A stretch of DNA of 64,000 bases, taken from the IMG/VR virus record IMGVR_UViG_3300020201_000009, positions 1 through 64,000 of that record; one strand, 5' to 3'. The notes beneath the pieces are model-generated. The model had not been told where the DNA came from, did not search any database, and worked only from the letters and a program-made list of their open reading frames with translations. Below are positions 8,907-18,640 of this stretch, one piece after another. The translations under genes and the position numbers were made by a program. This DNA is from a virus. The number at the start of each line of letters is the position of its first letter. The stretch's first letter is position 1.

Positions 8907-10646
8907 ATGCCTGAAACAGAAAAACTCTTTTCTAAATTTACCTCAACCGCAAAAGTTTTGACGAGTACGCCAGAGAACTTTGCGGAAGCGTCTTTGGAAA
9001 ATTTAGCTAATGTTTTCAGTGAAAAAATTGTAGAAGATATTCAGAGAAACCCAGATTTACTATTTATCGCCTCGACTCTTCTTGAAATAGGTTATGCAAA
9101 TAGAAACGGCGATGCAATTATGCCGTATGATTTTGTGCCGATATCCGATACTTTTAAAATGAAGTATATCGATTTGGAGCATAAGAGAAGCGATATAGTT
9201 GGGTCTATTAATGAGTGCGGGTTTACCTCCAATGGGATATATGTACAAAAAGATCTTGTTTCAAGACTCGTTGAATTGGGCGAAAGAGTTGAATTTGTTA
9301 TTGGCGGCTATCTATGGAGGGTTGTTAATAAAGAATTATGCCAATTTATTGAAGAATCTTCTTCTTTAGAAGACGGAAGGGCGTCTACCTCATTTGAAAT
9401 AATGTTTGAATATTATGACATTTGCGTGAGCCCGACCTTACGTGTTTTGGATGGAAAAATTTACGCCAAAGGTAGCAAAGAATTTAAACAATATAATTCA
9501 ACTCTCAAATTTAAAAAAGGTTCGGGTAAAGTTGGGGATCTAAATGTCTTTCGTATCTTGCGAGGTCCTATTATTCCCGTTGGAGCCGGTTTAGTGGCGA
9601 ATCCAGCAAGTGGTATTAAGGGTGTTTTGGCGCTTTACGGCACCGTCGTTATTGAAGAGGAATCCGTTGAACAAGAAACTGTAGACCACGAAGAAGAGGT
9701 CCCAGTTCCGGAGATCAAGAATAATGATGAAGAGCGGAACGATAATAAAGAAGAAGATGATGGCGAAAAGGGTGAAAAGCTAAAATTATTTACTAAAAAA
9801 GCTCTTTTCGACGGTAAAATACCCGAAGAAATGTGCGACGCCAATATAACTTCTTTTACTAATACCGTCATTTCTAACAATATTAGAATACCGAGTATAA
9901 ATACAAACGATTTAAGTGTAAACACTAAAACAACAACTATAGAAAAAATTAGCAACATGCCGATTACCATTAAGAAAGTTGAAGACATCCAATCCAATTG
10001 GACTGAACTTCAGAAGCCCGAAGCACAAGCCTCGGTTGTTACCGAATTTATCAAAACTAAGCTAGAAGAGGAATCTCTTCGTTACGCTCAAGAGTTAAAA
10101 GCCAAAGAAGACGCGATTGCAAATGCTGAAACCCAAAAGGTCGCCGCTGATGAAAAAATTGCTAATCTTGAAGCCGCTCACGCTAGTTTACAGGCGAAAT
10201 TAAGCGATTTAGAACAAAAGCAAGCCGCCGCTGATGCCCAATCCGCCTTTGATGGCAGAATGGCTGAGGTCGAAAACGAATTCGAATTAGACGAAGAATC
10301 TGAAAAGATCATCGTTGAAGAGGTCAGAGAACTTCCAACCGATGAAGCGTTTGCCAATTGGTTCGATAAGAAGAAAAAACTTCTAAAAGACAAGAGTAAG
10401 AAAGCAGTCAAGGAAAAGAAAGACAAAGCCGAAGCTGCTAAAGCCTCTGCAATCGCCGCTGGTGTAAAACCAGAAGCTTTTGCTGGTGAAGAAATCAACT
10501 TTGTTGAATTTCTATCCAATCTTAAAGAAGTAACCGCGAATGACGCCGTTACTAGTGTTGTTACACAGACACCAAATCTCAAAAACGAGATTCAGGCCAA
10601 ATTCGCGAATAAAACTACCATTAATGGTAAAAAATTCAAGAAATAA
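8907..10646 (+). CDS. Prohead protease-scaffold fusion
   Basis: N-terminal domain with NRNGD, IDLEH and STSFE (candidate His/Ser catalytic motifs), acidic linker, C-terminal Ala/Glu/Lys coiled coil; lies between portal and capsid genes. Confidence 0.65.
   Translation: MPETEKLFSKFTSTAKVLTSTPENFAEASLENLANVFSEKIVEDIQRNPDLLFIASTLLEIGYANRNGDAIMPYDFVPISDTFKMKYIDLEHKRSDIVGSINECGFTSNGIYVQKDLVSRLVELGERVEFVIGGYLWRVVNKELCQFIEESSSLEDGRASTSFEIMFEYYDICVSPTLRVLDGKIYAKGSKEFKQYNSTLKFKKGSGKVGDLNVFRILRGPIIPVGAGLVANPASGIKGVLALYGTVVIEEESVEQETVDHEEEVPVPEIKNNDEERNDNKEEDDGEKGEKLKLFTKKALFDGKIPEEMCDANITSFTNTVISNNIRIPSINTNDLSVNTKTTTIEKISNMPITIKKVEDIQSNWTELQKPEAQASVVTEFIKTKLEEESLRYAQELKAKEDAIANAETQKVAADEKIANLEAAHASLQAKLSDLEQKQAAADAQSAFDGRMAEVENEFELDEESEKIIVEEVRELPTDEAFANWFDKKKKLLKDKSKKAVKEKKDKAEAAKASAIAAGVKPEAFAGEEINFVEFLSNLKEVTANDAVTSVVTQTPNLKNEIQAKFANKTTINGKKFKK
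9957..10646 (+). CDS. Putative nested in-frame scaffolding protein (MPITIKK...)
   Basis: In-frame ATG at 9957 preceded by an A-rich leader and TTTAAGTGTA (GTGTA at 9916-9920). Confidence 0.55.
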   Translation: MPITIKKVEDIQSNWTELQKPEAQASVVTEFIKTKLEEESLRYAQELKAKEDAIANAETQKVAADEKIANLEAAHASLQAKLSDLEQKQAAADAQSAFDGRMAEVENEFELDEESEKIIVEEVRELPTDEAFANWFDKKKKLLKDKSKKAVKEKKDKAEAAKASAIAAGVKPEAFAGEEINFVEFLSNLKEVTANDAVTSVVTQTPNLKNEIQAKFANKTTINGKKFKK

Positions 10647-10686
10647 TAGATTTCCATCACAATTATATATAAAAAAATATTTTTTA

Positions 10687-10691
10687 GTGTA
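10687..10691 (+). promoter_or_regulatory. Putative late promoter core GTGTA for the capsid genes
   Basis: TTTTTAGTGTATTA upstream of ATG 10725. Confidence 0.6.
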
Positions 10692-10724
10692 TTAAATATC
10701 AACTATTCATAAGGATAAAACAAA

Positions 10725-11312
10725 ATGTTACAAAACTTTACATATGCTTTACCGCTACGTGATTACTCTGATCACGATCTTCTCCAGTTCTACTCTCTAA
10801 ATGGAACAGGCATGGGCGGTCTCTTCGTCATCGCAGAAACGGGTAATCAAAATCCGGTTCTCACCGCAGGACGCTATACCAATACCTCTGTAGGCGCTGC
10901 TTACGAAGGTACTACATCACTCCGTTACGAAAACCCACGCAAGGTTAGATTGGCTGGCTCTGGCGACAATCAATACAAGGTACTTGGCCTCATGCTATTT
11001 GGTACCGTTGAAACCGATGGAAACGGCCAAAGACTTATCCTCAACCCCAATCTTGCTAAAGAAATCGGTTGCGTGTATTCAGGTCAGACCACCCCTATCG
11101 CGTCTGCGGGTTATTTCCGTCTTCAGTTCGGCGCTTCAACTGGTATTCCAATTCCCGGCTTTGTCGGTATTATTCATAATACCCAACCCGGTAAGATTGC
11201 TTATGTCGATTCCGCGAACGTCTCTGACAAATCGCTAATCGTATGTAAGGTTCTCTCCAGCTCTGGTTCTGCTTTCGGTGGATATGCTGATGTTCAGCTA
11301 ACACTTGGCTAA
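10725..11312 (+). CDS. Capsid decoration/cement protein
   Basis: 195-aa Gly/beta-rich protein directly upstream of the major capsid gene; highly-expressed codon pattern (ttc, atc, ggt). Confidence 0.55.
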   Translation: MLQNFTYALPLRDYSDHDLLQFYSLNGTGMGGLFVIAETGNQNPVLTAGRYTNTSVGAAYEGTTSLRYENPRKVRLAGSGDNQYKVLGLMLFGTVETDGNGQRLILNPNLAKEIGCVYSGQTTPIASAGYFRLQFGASTGIPIPGFVGIIHNTQPGKIAYVDSANVSDKSLIVCKVLSSSGSAFGGYADVQLTLG

Positions 11313-11359
11313 TCATTAAGTACGGTTTATATAAAACTTAACTAAAAAGAAATTTAAAA

Positions 11360-12511
11360 ATGTCTAAATATCAGATCAATATCGAACAAGACGCAGATCT
11401 TTCAAAGCTAATCAAAGGTCTTGGCTCCAGAAATAGAGCTGAGTTCGATGCAGCGATGGAAGCTGTTGCGGCTTATATCGGTGAAGTTATTCTACAGGTT
11501 GTAGAACAATCTCCGGTTATCTCCAACCTTTACACGACCGTTACCTACAATGAAGGTTCCGCTCCCTCACTACCCCTCGATGTATACTATGACATCAAGG
11601 ATAAGAACTACCTCCAAGTTTGGACTCAGTCCATGCCCGGTGGTTTAGCCACTAACTTCGTTCACGGTTTGAACGAACTAATGGTTGCATGTTACGACAT
11701 CATGAGCGCGGTTTCTATGCACAAGCGCTATGCTCGCGAAGCACGTCTCGACGTTCTTGCCGCGACCATGGAACGTATGGCACAGGAAATCCTAGTTGTA
11801 CAGGAAACGAATGGTGCTAATATCCTATTCGCAGCTGTTGCTCAAGCTCGTTATAATGCAGTCGGCGGTGCTTCAACCCCACAGGTTATTCGTTCGGCTG
11901 TCGCTAACATTTTCCAGATGGACGATTTCAATCGTATCATCACTCTCCTACAGAGAATCCGCCCATCATGGGTCGGTGGAACGCCTGTTGGTGGTAACAC
12001 AATCTCACACCTCATTGGTTCACCTGAGTTCCATGAGCAGCTAAGATCAATCGCTTATCAACCTCAGAATACCCGCGCTGGTTCTTTGGCCACTAACGGT
12101 GCAACCGCTCTAGCGGCCCCTGATGCTGTTCGTGATAATATCTTCACTACCGCTGGTAATCCTAATTTCTTCGGCGTTGAATTGGTCAACGTCTTCGAAA
12201 TGGGTGTTGCTCAACCATACAATCAGTTGTTTGCTGATTACATCGGTGCTACAACCTTCCAAGGCTACGGTGGCGGCTCTAATGCTGTTTTCTCTCCTAC
12301 AACCGAAGAAGTTGTGCTAGCTCTATCTCTCAACTCGAACCGCAGAGCGCTAACCCGCCTTGTCGAACGTGGTGCGGAAAATGGCGCGACCTTAACTGTT
12401 CGCCCTGATGACTCATTCCCAATGAGAGCCGATAAGGTCGGTTTCTATGGTTCTCTTCGTGAAGGGCGCGTCAGTCTTGACAGCCGCCATTTGGCTGCAA
12501 TTGTATTCTAG
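11360..12511 (+). CDS. Major capsid protein
   Basis: 383 aa; follows protease/scaffold and decoration genes; highly-expressed codon pattern; followed by a strong terminator. Confidence 0.75.
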   Translation: MSKYQINIEQDADLSKLIKGLGSRNRAEFDAAMEAVAAYIGEVILQVVEQSPVISNLYTTVTYNEGSAPSLPLDVYYDIKDKNYLQVWTQSMPGGLATNFVHGLNELMVACYDIMSAVSMHKRYAREARLDVLAATMERMAQEILVVQETNGANILFAAVAQARYNAVGGASTPQVIRSAVANIFQMDDFNRIITLLQRIRPSWVGGTPVGGNTISHLIGSPEFHEQLRSIAYQPQNTRAGSLATNGATALAAPDAVRDNIFTTAGNPNFFGVELVNVFEMGVAQPYNQLFADYIGATTFQGYGGGSNAVFSPTTEEVVLALSLNSNRRALTRLVERGAENGATLTVRPDDSFPMRADKVGFYGSLREGRVSLDSRHLAAIVF

Positions 12512-12552
12512 TTCTTACTAAATAACAATTTGTAAAAGATTGTAACATTATT

Positions 12553-12583
12553 GAAGGCCGAGTTAACTCTCGGCTTTCTTTTT
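12553..12583 (+). terminator. Intrinsic terminator after the major capsid gene
   Basis: GAAGGCCGAG-TTAACT-CTCGGCTTTC followed by TTTTT. Confidence 0.8.
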
Positions 12584-12629
12584 GTATTATATCCATGGCA
12601 CATAGCAACAATAACAGAATTTAAAATGA

Positions 12630-13487
12630 ATGGCTGGAATAATTTGGGAAGATTGCGAAGATATTAAATTAATAGAGTTAGTTTCTTTAGGGAAATATAC
12701 ATTTCAAGAAATGACAGCTTGGATGTCAAATAGAACAGCAAGTGCTTTACAATCAAGATCCTCTATTTTGGGGCTTCAAAATAACTATCAATGGCATCAA
12801 TATGAATTTGATAAAAATTTCTTCGAGACGCCGAATAATAGAAATTGTTTTTGGGCTGGATGGTTGGCCGCAGACGGCAACTTCGAAAATTATTGCGGGG
12901 AAAGATATGCTCTAAGATGGTCTATACACCAACAAGATATCGAAATGATGGAGTTATTTAAATCGGACATAAAGTTTACTGGGCCAATAACTAAGTTCAC
13001 GAAAAAATTAAAAACGGGGGTGTTATCGCCACATGCGGTTATTCGGATTAATCAGGTGGATATTCAAAAATACCATTTGTATAAATGGGGAATGATCCCA
13101 AATAAGACTTACCGATTACCTCCCTCAATTTTAGAAACATTGGAACTAAAACTGGCTTTTATCGTCGGCTATATTAATGGGGATGGCTGTATAAATTATT
13201 ACAAAAGTAAAAAGGGGAAAGAAAACTTTTGTATTAAATTTACTAATTCGTCGTTGCAAATTCTTCAGTGGATTAAACAGATTGCGGAAGATTTCAACTT
13301 TCCGAAACTTAAAAATAAAAAGAAGCCAATTCGAAAGATCGGCAAAACAAATTGCTATGAAGTAGTCTTTAATGGTTTGGAAGCCGCTTCCCTATTCAAA
13401 CTCTTAAAAACTGTACATGTACCAAGTCTGGCGCGAAAATGGGAAAACCCTGAAATCTTAGAATATATCGAAAGAATTTTAAAATAA
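12630..13487 (+). CDS. Free-standing LAGLIDADG homing endonuclease
   Basis: Two motifs FWAGWLAADG and FIVGYINGDG; typical FDKNFF...N leader and terminal LARKW; N-terminal Myb-like W-E-D segment. Confidence 0.85.
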   Translation: MAGIIWEDCEDIKLIELVSLGKYTFQEMTAWMSNRTASALQSRSSILGLQNNYQWHQYEFDKNFFETPNNRNCFWAGWLAADGNFENYCGERYALRWSIHQQDIEMMELFKSDIKFTGPITKFTKKLKTGVLSPHAVIRINQVDIQKYHLYKWGMIPNKTYRLPPSILETLELKLAFIVGYINGDGCINYYKSKKGKENFCIKFTNSSLQILQWIKQIAEDFNFPKLKNKKKPIRKIGKTNCYEVVFNGLEAASLFKLLKTVHVPSLARKWENPEILEYIERILK

Positions 13488-13562
13488 ATATATAAGTTTA
13501 TAACGAAGTGGTGTATTGTATATTGCTAACTAGAATTTTAAGGTAAAAGGAAAATATAATAT

Positions 13563-14033
13563 ATGGCAAAGAAAATTAAGATCAAAAATCAAATCGTTAA
13601 TCCAGCCGTAGCTTCCGCTACATCAAAAACAGTTCCGGCCCCAAGCCATCGCCCCCGTAAAGTAGTTATAGGCGAAACCCCCGCGCCAACGCCGTTTACA
13701 AAGAAACAGCAAACGCATGGTAACATTGAAGAGGGTCCGGCTATCTTCGCTTATTTAAAGGGGCGAGAGTTTCCGTATACAGAAAAGACACTTAAGGAAT
13801 ATCAATTGTCATTAGCTAAGATGAGTAAGAATCAGCTTCACGAAGAAATGATGAAGGTAAATTTGATTCCGAATATTACCGAAAGAACCGAAATCGTTCT
13901 TAGGCTTGAAAAAGCTTATCTTGAAAAACAAGCGAGTTTTCTTCTTCGCTATACGAAATCAGCAATTCCCGCCAGTGACGGCGGTATTGATGCAGATCGA
14001 GCGGCAAGTATAATTTCAATTCTTAATCGATAA
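13563..14033 (+). CDS. Hypothetical (probable virion/late) protein
   Basis: 156-aa ORF with GTGTA at 13511-13515 and AAGG-rich leader. Confidence 0.55.
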   Translation: MAKKIKIKNQIVNPAVASATSKTVPAPSHRPRKVVIGETPAPTPFTKKQQTHGNIEEGPAIFAYLKGREFPYTEKTLKEYQLSLAKMSKNQLHEEMMKVNLIPNITERTEIVLRLEKAYLEKQASFLLRYTKSAIPASDGGIDADRAASIISILNR

Positions 14034-14036
14034 TCA

Positions 14037-14070
14037 AAAGGGCTGAATGTTTCAAAACATCGGTCTTTTT
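14037..14070 (+). terminator. Possible intrinsic terminator
   Basis: AAAAGGGCTGAATGTTT-CA-AAACATCGGTCTTTTT imperfect hairpin. Confidence 0.4.
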
Positions 14071-14087
14071 AGTGTATAATTACTACT

Positions 14088-14606
14088 ATGAGTTGTGAGT
14101 ATATTTTTGCATTAAGTACAGGTATCTGGCTAGAAATTGACGGCCCGTCTTCGATATCCGTTGCGTCAATTTCGGGAAGGCTCGTATCTTCTGGATTTCT
14201 TGGGCAATTAGATACACGGATAAATGGTTGTCATACTGTTGTTTCGGGATGTATCCAGCCTCCATTGAATATTGAAGAACAGGCTATTTACGAATACATG
14301 TATTTAGCCGGTTACTATAAAAAAAGATCTCTACAATCTTTTGGTAGCGCTTCTCCAGATAATCCAATGGCGGGCATCGAGTGGACTAGAATTCAAGAAA
14401 ACGATAGCGTTGTCTCCAGAGCAAACCCGAACGAAATTGCAAAATTCTGGAGAACGCTCTATAATGATGCAAATATTGAAGTTAACCGCCTAGTTGATCT
14501 TTATAAGAGAAACCGTTCTGCGGCTTCATCGGTAGACTATATTACGATTAATCAGTACGGCGGTAATGGCGTAGACGGTGGATCGAGAAATTATCCGTCT
14601 TCATAA
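14088..14606 (+). CDS. Putative head-tail connector/adaptor protein
   Basis: 172 aa downstream of capsid genes; helical N-part plus RIQENDSVVSR beta-hairpin; GTGTA at 14072-14076. Confidence 0.45.
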   Translation: MSCEYIFALSTGIWLEIDGPSSISVASISGRLVSSGFLGQLDTRINGCHTVVSGCIQPPLNIEEQAIYEYMYLAGYYKKRSLQSFGSASPDNPMAGIEWTRIQENDSVVSRANPNEIAKFWRTLYNDANIEVNRLVDLYKRNRSAASSVDYITINQYGGNGVDGGSRNYPSS

Positions 14607-14618
14607 TAAAAAGACATT

Positions 14619-15803
14619 GTGTTTAGATACAACACACACAGCGCTTTAATTTCATCAGGGGACATTACATCGTTACAAACTGGCGATGGAGATATCCTTC
14701 AAATTAGCCGTGTTCAAGATTGCACCATTGGTTTTGAAACACCAACGGATACGATCACATTTCTTGATACTAATATTGAGCTAGTGAGATTACAAGTTCC
14801 AACGGTAAATGTCACCTTAGAATATTTGACTACGAATGGCATGAACGAAAGAAATATTGGATTTGTTACCAATGGAACTTCGGGTGCATTCATAAAATTA
14901 GATCAAGAGAGAAATTTCTACTTTGTAGCCCAACAGGATAGCCAAGATGCTGCGGGCGGCAGTCTGGAAGCGAGGAACGTTTTGGCGGTTGGCAATGCAC
15001 TTTTGCAAGGCTATACCTTTTCGGCGGCGGTTGGGGATTTTGCCCGTTCGACTTTAAACTATTCCGCTTTAAATATTTGTGTCAACGAAGGAAGTACTGG
15101 TTTGAATCCAGCTTTATCTTATACCGATGGGAGTGTTCTACCGGGAACCTATGCTCTACCCATAATCACGTCTCAAGTCACGGTCAATAGCCCGAACCCT
15201 GCCGATGATGTAACAGCAATTCACTCGAAAGACATTCTTTTAACGTTCTCTTCGGGCGCGGGAATGGGAGTCAATCTTTCGGGTTACTACGGTTGTCAAT
15301 TGCAAAATTTTAATCTTTCGGTGTCGCTGGAAAGAGAATCGGCTATATCGATGGGGCAAAAGTATCCGGCATCCAGATCTATTGTTTATCCAATTACGAT
15401 TGAATTACAAGCGGAAGCGCACATTGATCGTTTTACAAAAGAATGTTTGCGCCAATATTTTTGCGATGTGGAACAACATAGCGTTACAATAACACTTAAA
15501 CAGCCTTGTTCCGAACTGGTTGCCTTCGAAATTGGCCTTAATAATCTTCGCTTAGCGAATCAATCTTTCGTTGCAACTATCGGAGAAATCGATGTTGTAA
15601 ACTTTACTTGGCAAGGGGTCATTCGTTCAGCTTTCGATACCGGAGCGAATTTGTTTATTACCTCTTACGAGGGAACTGAATTATGGATTCAGGAAAGTTG
15701 TTTTCCCGTTACGGGAGTGGATATCAATGGAGATTTCTATTTTACGTCGGGCTGTTTCTACAGTAAATCTTTCGTTGAAAACATATTCCAGTACGGAACA
15801 TAA
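14619..15803 (+). CDS. Tail-tube-like protein (paralog of 38134 and 39303 genes), GTG start
   Basis: Shared blocks LQISRVQ / LQIHRVQ / LKRVQ, FSAAVGD / FNFAVGD / VNASVGD, YPITIEL / FPITVTM. Confidence 0.65.
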   Translation: MFRYNTHSALISSGDITSLQTGDGDILQISRVQDCTIGFETPTDTITFLDTNIELVRLQVPTVNVTLEYLTTNGMNERNIGFVTNGTSGAFIKLDQERNFYFVAQQDSQDAAGGSLEARNVLAVGNALLQGYTFSAAVGDFARSTLNYSALNICVNEGSTGLNPALSYTDGSVLPGTYALPIITSQVTVNSPNPADDVTAIHSKDILLTFSSGAGMGVNLSGYYGCQLQNFNLSVSLERESAISMGQKYPASRSIVYPITIELQAEAHIDRFTKECLRQYFCDVEQHSVTITLKQPCSELVAFEIGLNNLRLANQSFVATIGEIDVVNFTWQGVIRSAFDTGANLFITSYEGTELWIQESCFPVTGVDINGDFYFTSGCFYSKSFVENIFQYGT

Positions 15804-15806
15804 TTC

Positions 15807-17693
15807 ATGGCGGATCTTCCTTTCAATCCTTTCTATAACGGGTATACGACAAGACAAAATATCTTAGCGTATGTCGATGGCCCCGATAATGTAGGGCAAG
15901 TTTTAACTTCTGGACAATTTTACTCTGGCCGTTGGGGAGGTTGGTATAGTATCGCGTCTCAATCATTTAAATATGCCAAAGCGTCGAACAACAGTTTTAA
16001 TCTTACGGTAAATAGCGACGGAACCAATTTTGGAAATCTAATACCGCCAGCGACATCGAACATTCTTCGTATATCAAATGTCGGAATGGCATTTGATGAA
16101 AACGCGAATCCTGTGATGTCATTTCAAGATAACGGAGATTCTAATGTGGGATTTTTTAACCCGCCTTTGGTTACGGTTGCTACAACCGGATTAAGTCTCC
16201 AGTTTTCGGGAAAAAATGCCGTCTTGTTTGCAACGGTTCAAACGAACTATCCTTATGGAATTCCAAATTTTCTATATAAAAGATATCAGACAGGCGACGT
16301 AGCTTGTTATTACAGTATTGAAAATGATAAAATTTATTCTAGATATAAAAGTGAAAATTTCGCCATTCAGCGCTTAATGTCTTCTGGCGTTCCCAATAGC
16401 GGAATGGCATTTGCAAATATTAATGTCTATCCATTTATCGATAGAACGAGTCAAGAATATCCGCCGTTTCGAAAAGTATACTCGTCGATTTCCGCCGATG
16501 GAAGAACTTTAAGACTAATACAGGGCGCTCCAACAATCAATTTTGCCGCTGATACATTCCAAAATTATCTTAGTGGAGAAGCGCCAGCGGTTTTGGTTTC
16601 GGGCTATGGAAGATGGATCGTTTCGACTTTATTGGGTGCCACAGTTGGGAGACAATTCACCGCGCAGCCTCGGGTGCAAGACGATTTTGAAGCGTATTCG
16701 TCCGGAGAAATAGCTAATTTAATCAGCGGATATCTCGTTTACCCTCAGATTACAGTTCCGACAACCGGGAGGGTATACGTGCAAGGCTTACTCATTGAAC
16801 CCTATACTGGTTATGCAACGGGGTATGATACTACTTTCGATAAAGGTTTTATAAATTTTAAAACGATTGTCGTCGCCACATCGGGGAGGTCTTATGACCC
16901 CGATTTATATTTCTTTGAGGGGTATGAAAATTATGCGTCGGGTTTAAGAAATACATTTCTTAGCTTCATCACTGGAAAACAATATAATGGTGTAAATGGA
17001 AGCGACGGGAGATCTTTTGCGGGATGGTCCCCATTGCAATTTTTAGGTATTCTTAGCGGGCTACAAAATCTGGGACTTGGACCCGCGCCTTTTACCGGAA
17101 GCGGGAGATTGAACATAGGAAATAACGATTTGATAACGAGAAATTATGTAGGATATCCCTATAAGGGAACCGGTATTTTCTTCAACAACAATGTATTTTC
17201 TTGGCAAAGACCTTTGGACCCCATTACCGATTTTACAGTTGAAATTGCCGCTTGGCCTAGTGGTTGGGCGACTTCAGATGCGAAAATTATTGAGGCAAAT
17301 CCTGTCGCTGGTTTTTCCTTGGGGAGATATTCCACAACCAATAATGTCGCGTTTATACTAAATAATGTAACTCACACGGGCACATTTTCACTAGGTTTAA
17401 ATGATTGGAATTTCTTATCGTTCTCTAGGAGTGGCGGCGTTGGTTCTCTCTATTGGAGCGGTAATCTTATGAATACTTTTCCAGTCAGCACGGGCGCTAT
17501 TACGGGCGGCGTTACGGTTAGTTTCGGTAAAAACTTTACCTCAAACAGTCAAAGATTTCTTGGATACCTCGACGAATTTAGATTCTGGGATACGGTCCGA
17601 ACCACCGGAGAGATTTATCGAGATTGGAATATTTTAATAAATCCACAACCTGATTTGATAGGCTATTTCTCGTTAAGAGACTACTCGTCTTAA
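15807..17693 (+). CDS. Tail-associated protein with C-terminal LamG/concanavalin-like domain
   Basis: DFTVEI...WNFLSFSR...FLGYLDEFRFWDTVRTTGEI...LIGYFSL matches LamG-3 hallmarks. Confidence 0.7.
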   Translation: MADLPFNPFYNGYTTRQNILAYVDGPDNVGQVLTSGQFYSGRWGGWYSIASQSFKYAKASNNSFNLTVNSDGTNFGNLIPPATSNILRISNVGMAFDENANPVMSFQDNGDSNVGFFNPPLVTVATTGLSLQFSGKNAVLFATVQTNYPYGIPNFLYKRYQTGDVACYYSIENDKIYSRYKSENFAIQRLMSSGVPNSGMAFANINVYPFIDRTSQEYPPFRKVYSSISADGRTLRLIQGAPTINFAADTFQNYLSGEAPAVLVSGYGRWIVSTLLGATVGRQFTAQPRVQDDFEAYSSGEIANLISGYLVYPQITVPTTGRVYVQGLLIEPYTGYATGYDTTFDKGFINFKTIVVATSGRSYDPDLYFFEGYENYASGLRNTFLSFITGKQYNGVNGSDGRSFAGWSPLQFLGILSGLQNLGLGPAPFTGSGRLNIGNNDLITRNYVGYPYKGTGIFFNNNVFSWQRPLDPITDFTVEIAAWPSGWATSDAKIIEANPVAGFSLGRYSTTNNVAFILNNVTHTGTFSLGLNDWNFLSFSRSGGVGSLYWSGNLMNTFPVSTGAITGGVTVSFGKNFTSNSQRFLGYLDEFRFWDTVRTTGEIYRDWNILINPQPDLIGYFSLRDYSS

Positions 17694-17757
17694 ACCTCCC
17701 CCGGCTAAAGCCGAGGGATTCTGAATCAGTGAATTGTTCTGCGGATGCAGAGCAATG
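17690..17757 (-). mobile_element. Remnant right end of an IS200/IS605-type element
   Basis: Minus strand reads GAATCCCTCGGCTTTAGCCGGGGGAGGTTTAA, the same C-TTTA-G-loop subterminal hairpin style as the intact element at 56874-58245. Confidence 0.5.
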
Positions 17758-17758
17758 C

Positions 17759-18607
17759 TCACGCGTATCGTTCGACAATGAGCGAACTGATTCGAAGCTT
17801 ACAAGTAAAAAACGGAGAGTAAATAATTACACCCTTGGGTTTCTGTAAAGGAATTCCGCCCGCAGTAAAATCGTGGGTATACGGAGTTCCAGAGCTAATC
17901 CAAGTGTTATTTGGGTAGGCCGTGCCGCCAGCCATTTGGCGAGTCGCCAAAACATTTGGATCTGAAGTCTGGGTGATTCCTGCCGGGGTCGAATCCATAA
18001 AGGCGAAATTGATTCTGTTTGTGGAGGGATTGTATTTCATTCCAACCCCGTTTAAATTAGTAAAGCCCGTATTGTTTTGAGGCAAATAACTGTTACCGCC
18101 CGGCCTACCGGGGAATGTGGGGGCCGCACCCACGGTATTGGATCTAAAGACTCCGGTAAAATTTCCAGAAGTGCTAACGGCACCAACAAAGAATTCGTAG
18201 TGAATAGCGCCGTCTTCTAGTAAATAGCCAGCTTGAGTAGCCCTTACTTGAAAAGTAGAGGGAGATTGGTATGGATCAGTTGTTAGGCCGACAAAGGTTG
18301 TTCCGTTACTCGATCCATTGGCATTTGGAACGCCATAAAATTCTCGAATATTCCCCGTCCAACCAATAAACCCCATCCAATAGTTGTTAGAAGGGTTGCC
18401 AGCAGCCAAGTTCTCAACGAAGGAATTGGCAAGAAATTCATTATTACCCGTGACACTAACAATAGACAAAGCCATCCCCATGCGGATTTCCGTCCAATCA
18501 TCGCCAAAATCGAAAGGATAGATAAGTGCCTCGCGAGGCTCTAAAATAAGCATTGTGTCGATCAGAGCGCCCGTTTGACCAAACTTTTTTTCGAAAATTA
18601 TCGCCAT
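17759..18607 (-). CDS. Tail-associated protein (paralog of 18641-19399)
   Basis: Shared ILEPREAL.Y.FDFG.W.E.RMG N-terminus and IYSP.F....RI.SL.VERY C-terminus; last gene of the tail operon. Confidence 0.55.
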   Translation of the reverse strand: MAIIFEKKFGQTGALIDTMLILEPREALIYPFDFGDDWTEIRMGMALSIVSVTGNNEFLANSFVENLAAGNPSNNYWMGFIGWTGNIREFYGVPNANGSSNGTTFVGLTTDPYQSPSTFQVRATQAGYLLEDGAIHYEFFVGAVSTSGNFTGVFRSNTVGAAPTFPGRPGGNSYLPQNNTGFTNLNGVGMKYNPSTNRINFAFMDSTPAGITQTSDPNVLATRQMAGGTAYPNNTWISSGTPYTHDFTAGGIPLQKPKGVIIYSPFFTCKLRISSLIVERYA

Positions 18608-18640
18608 ATTATGTTATAAATACACTATTTTTTGAGGAGG

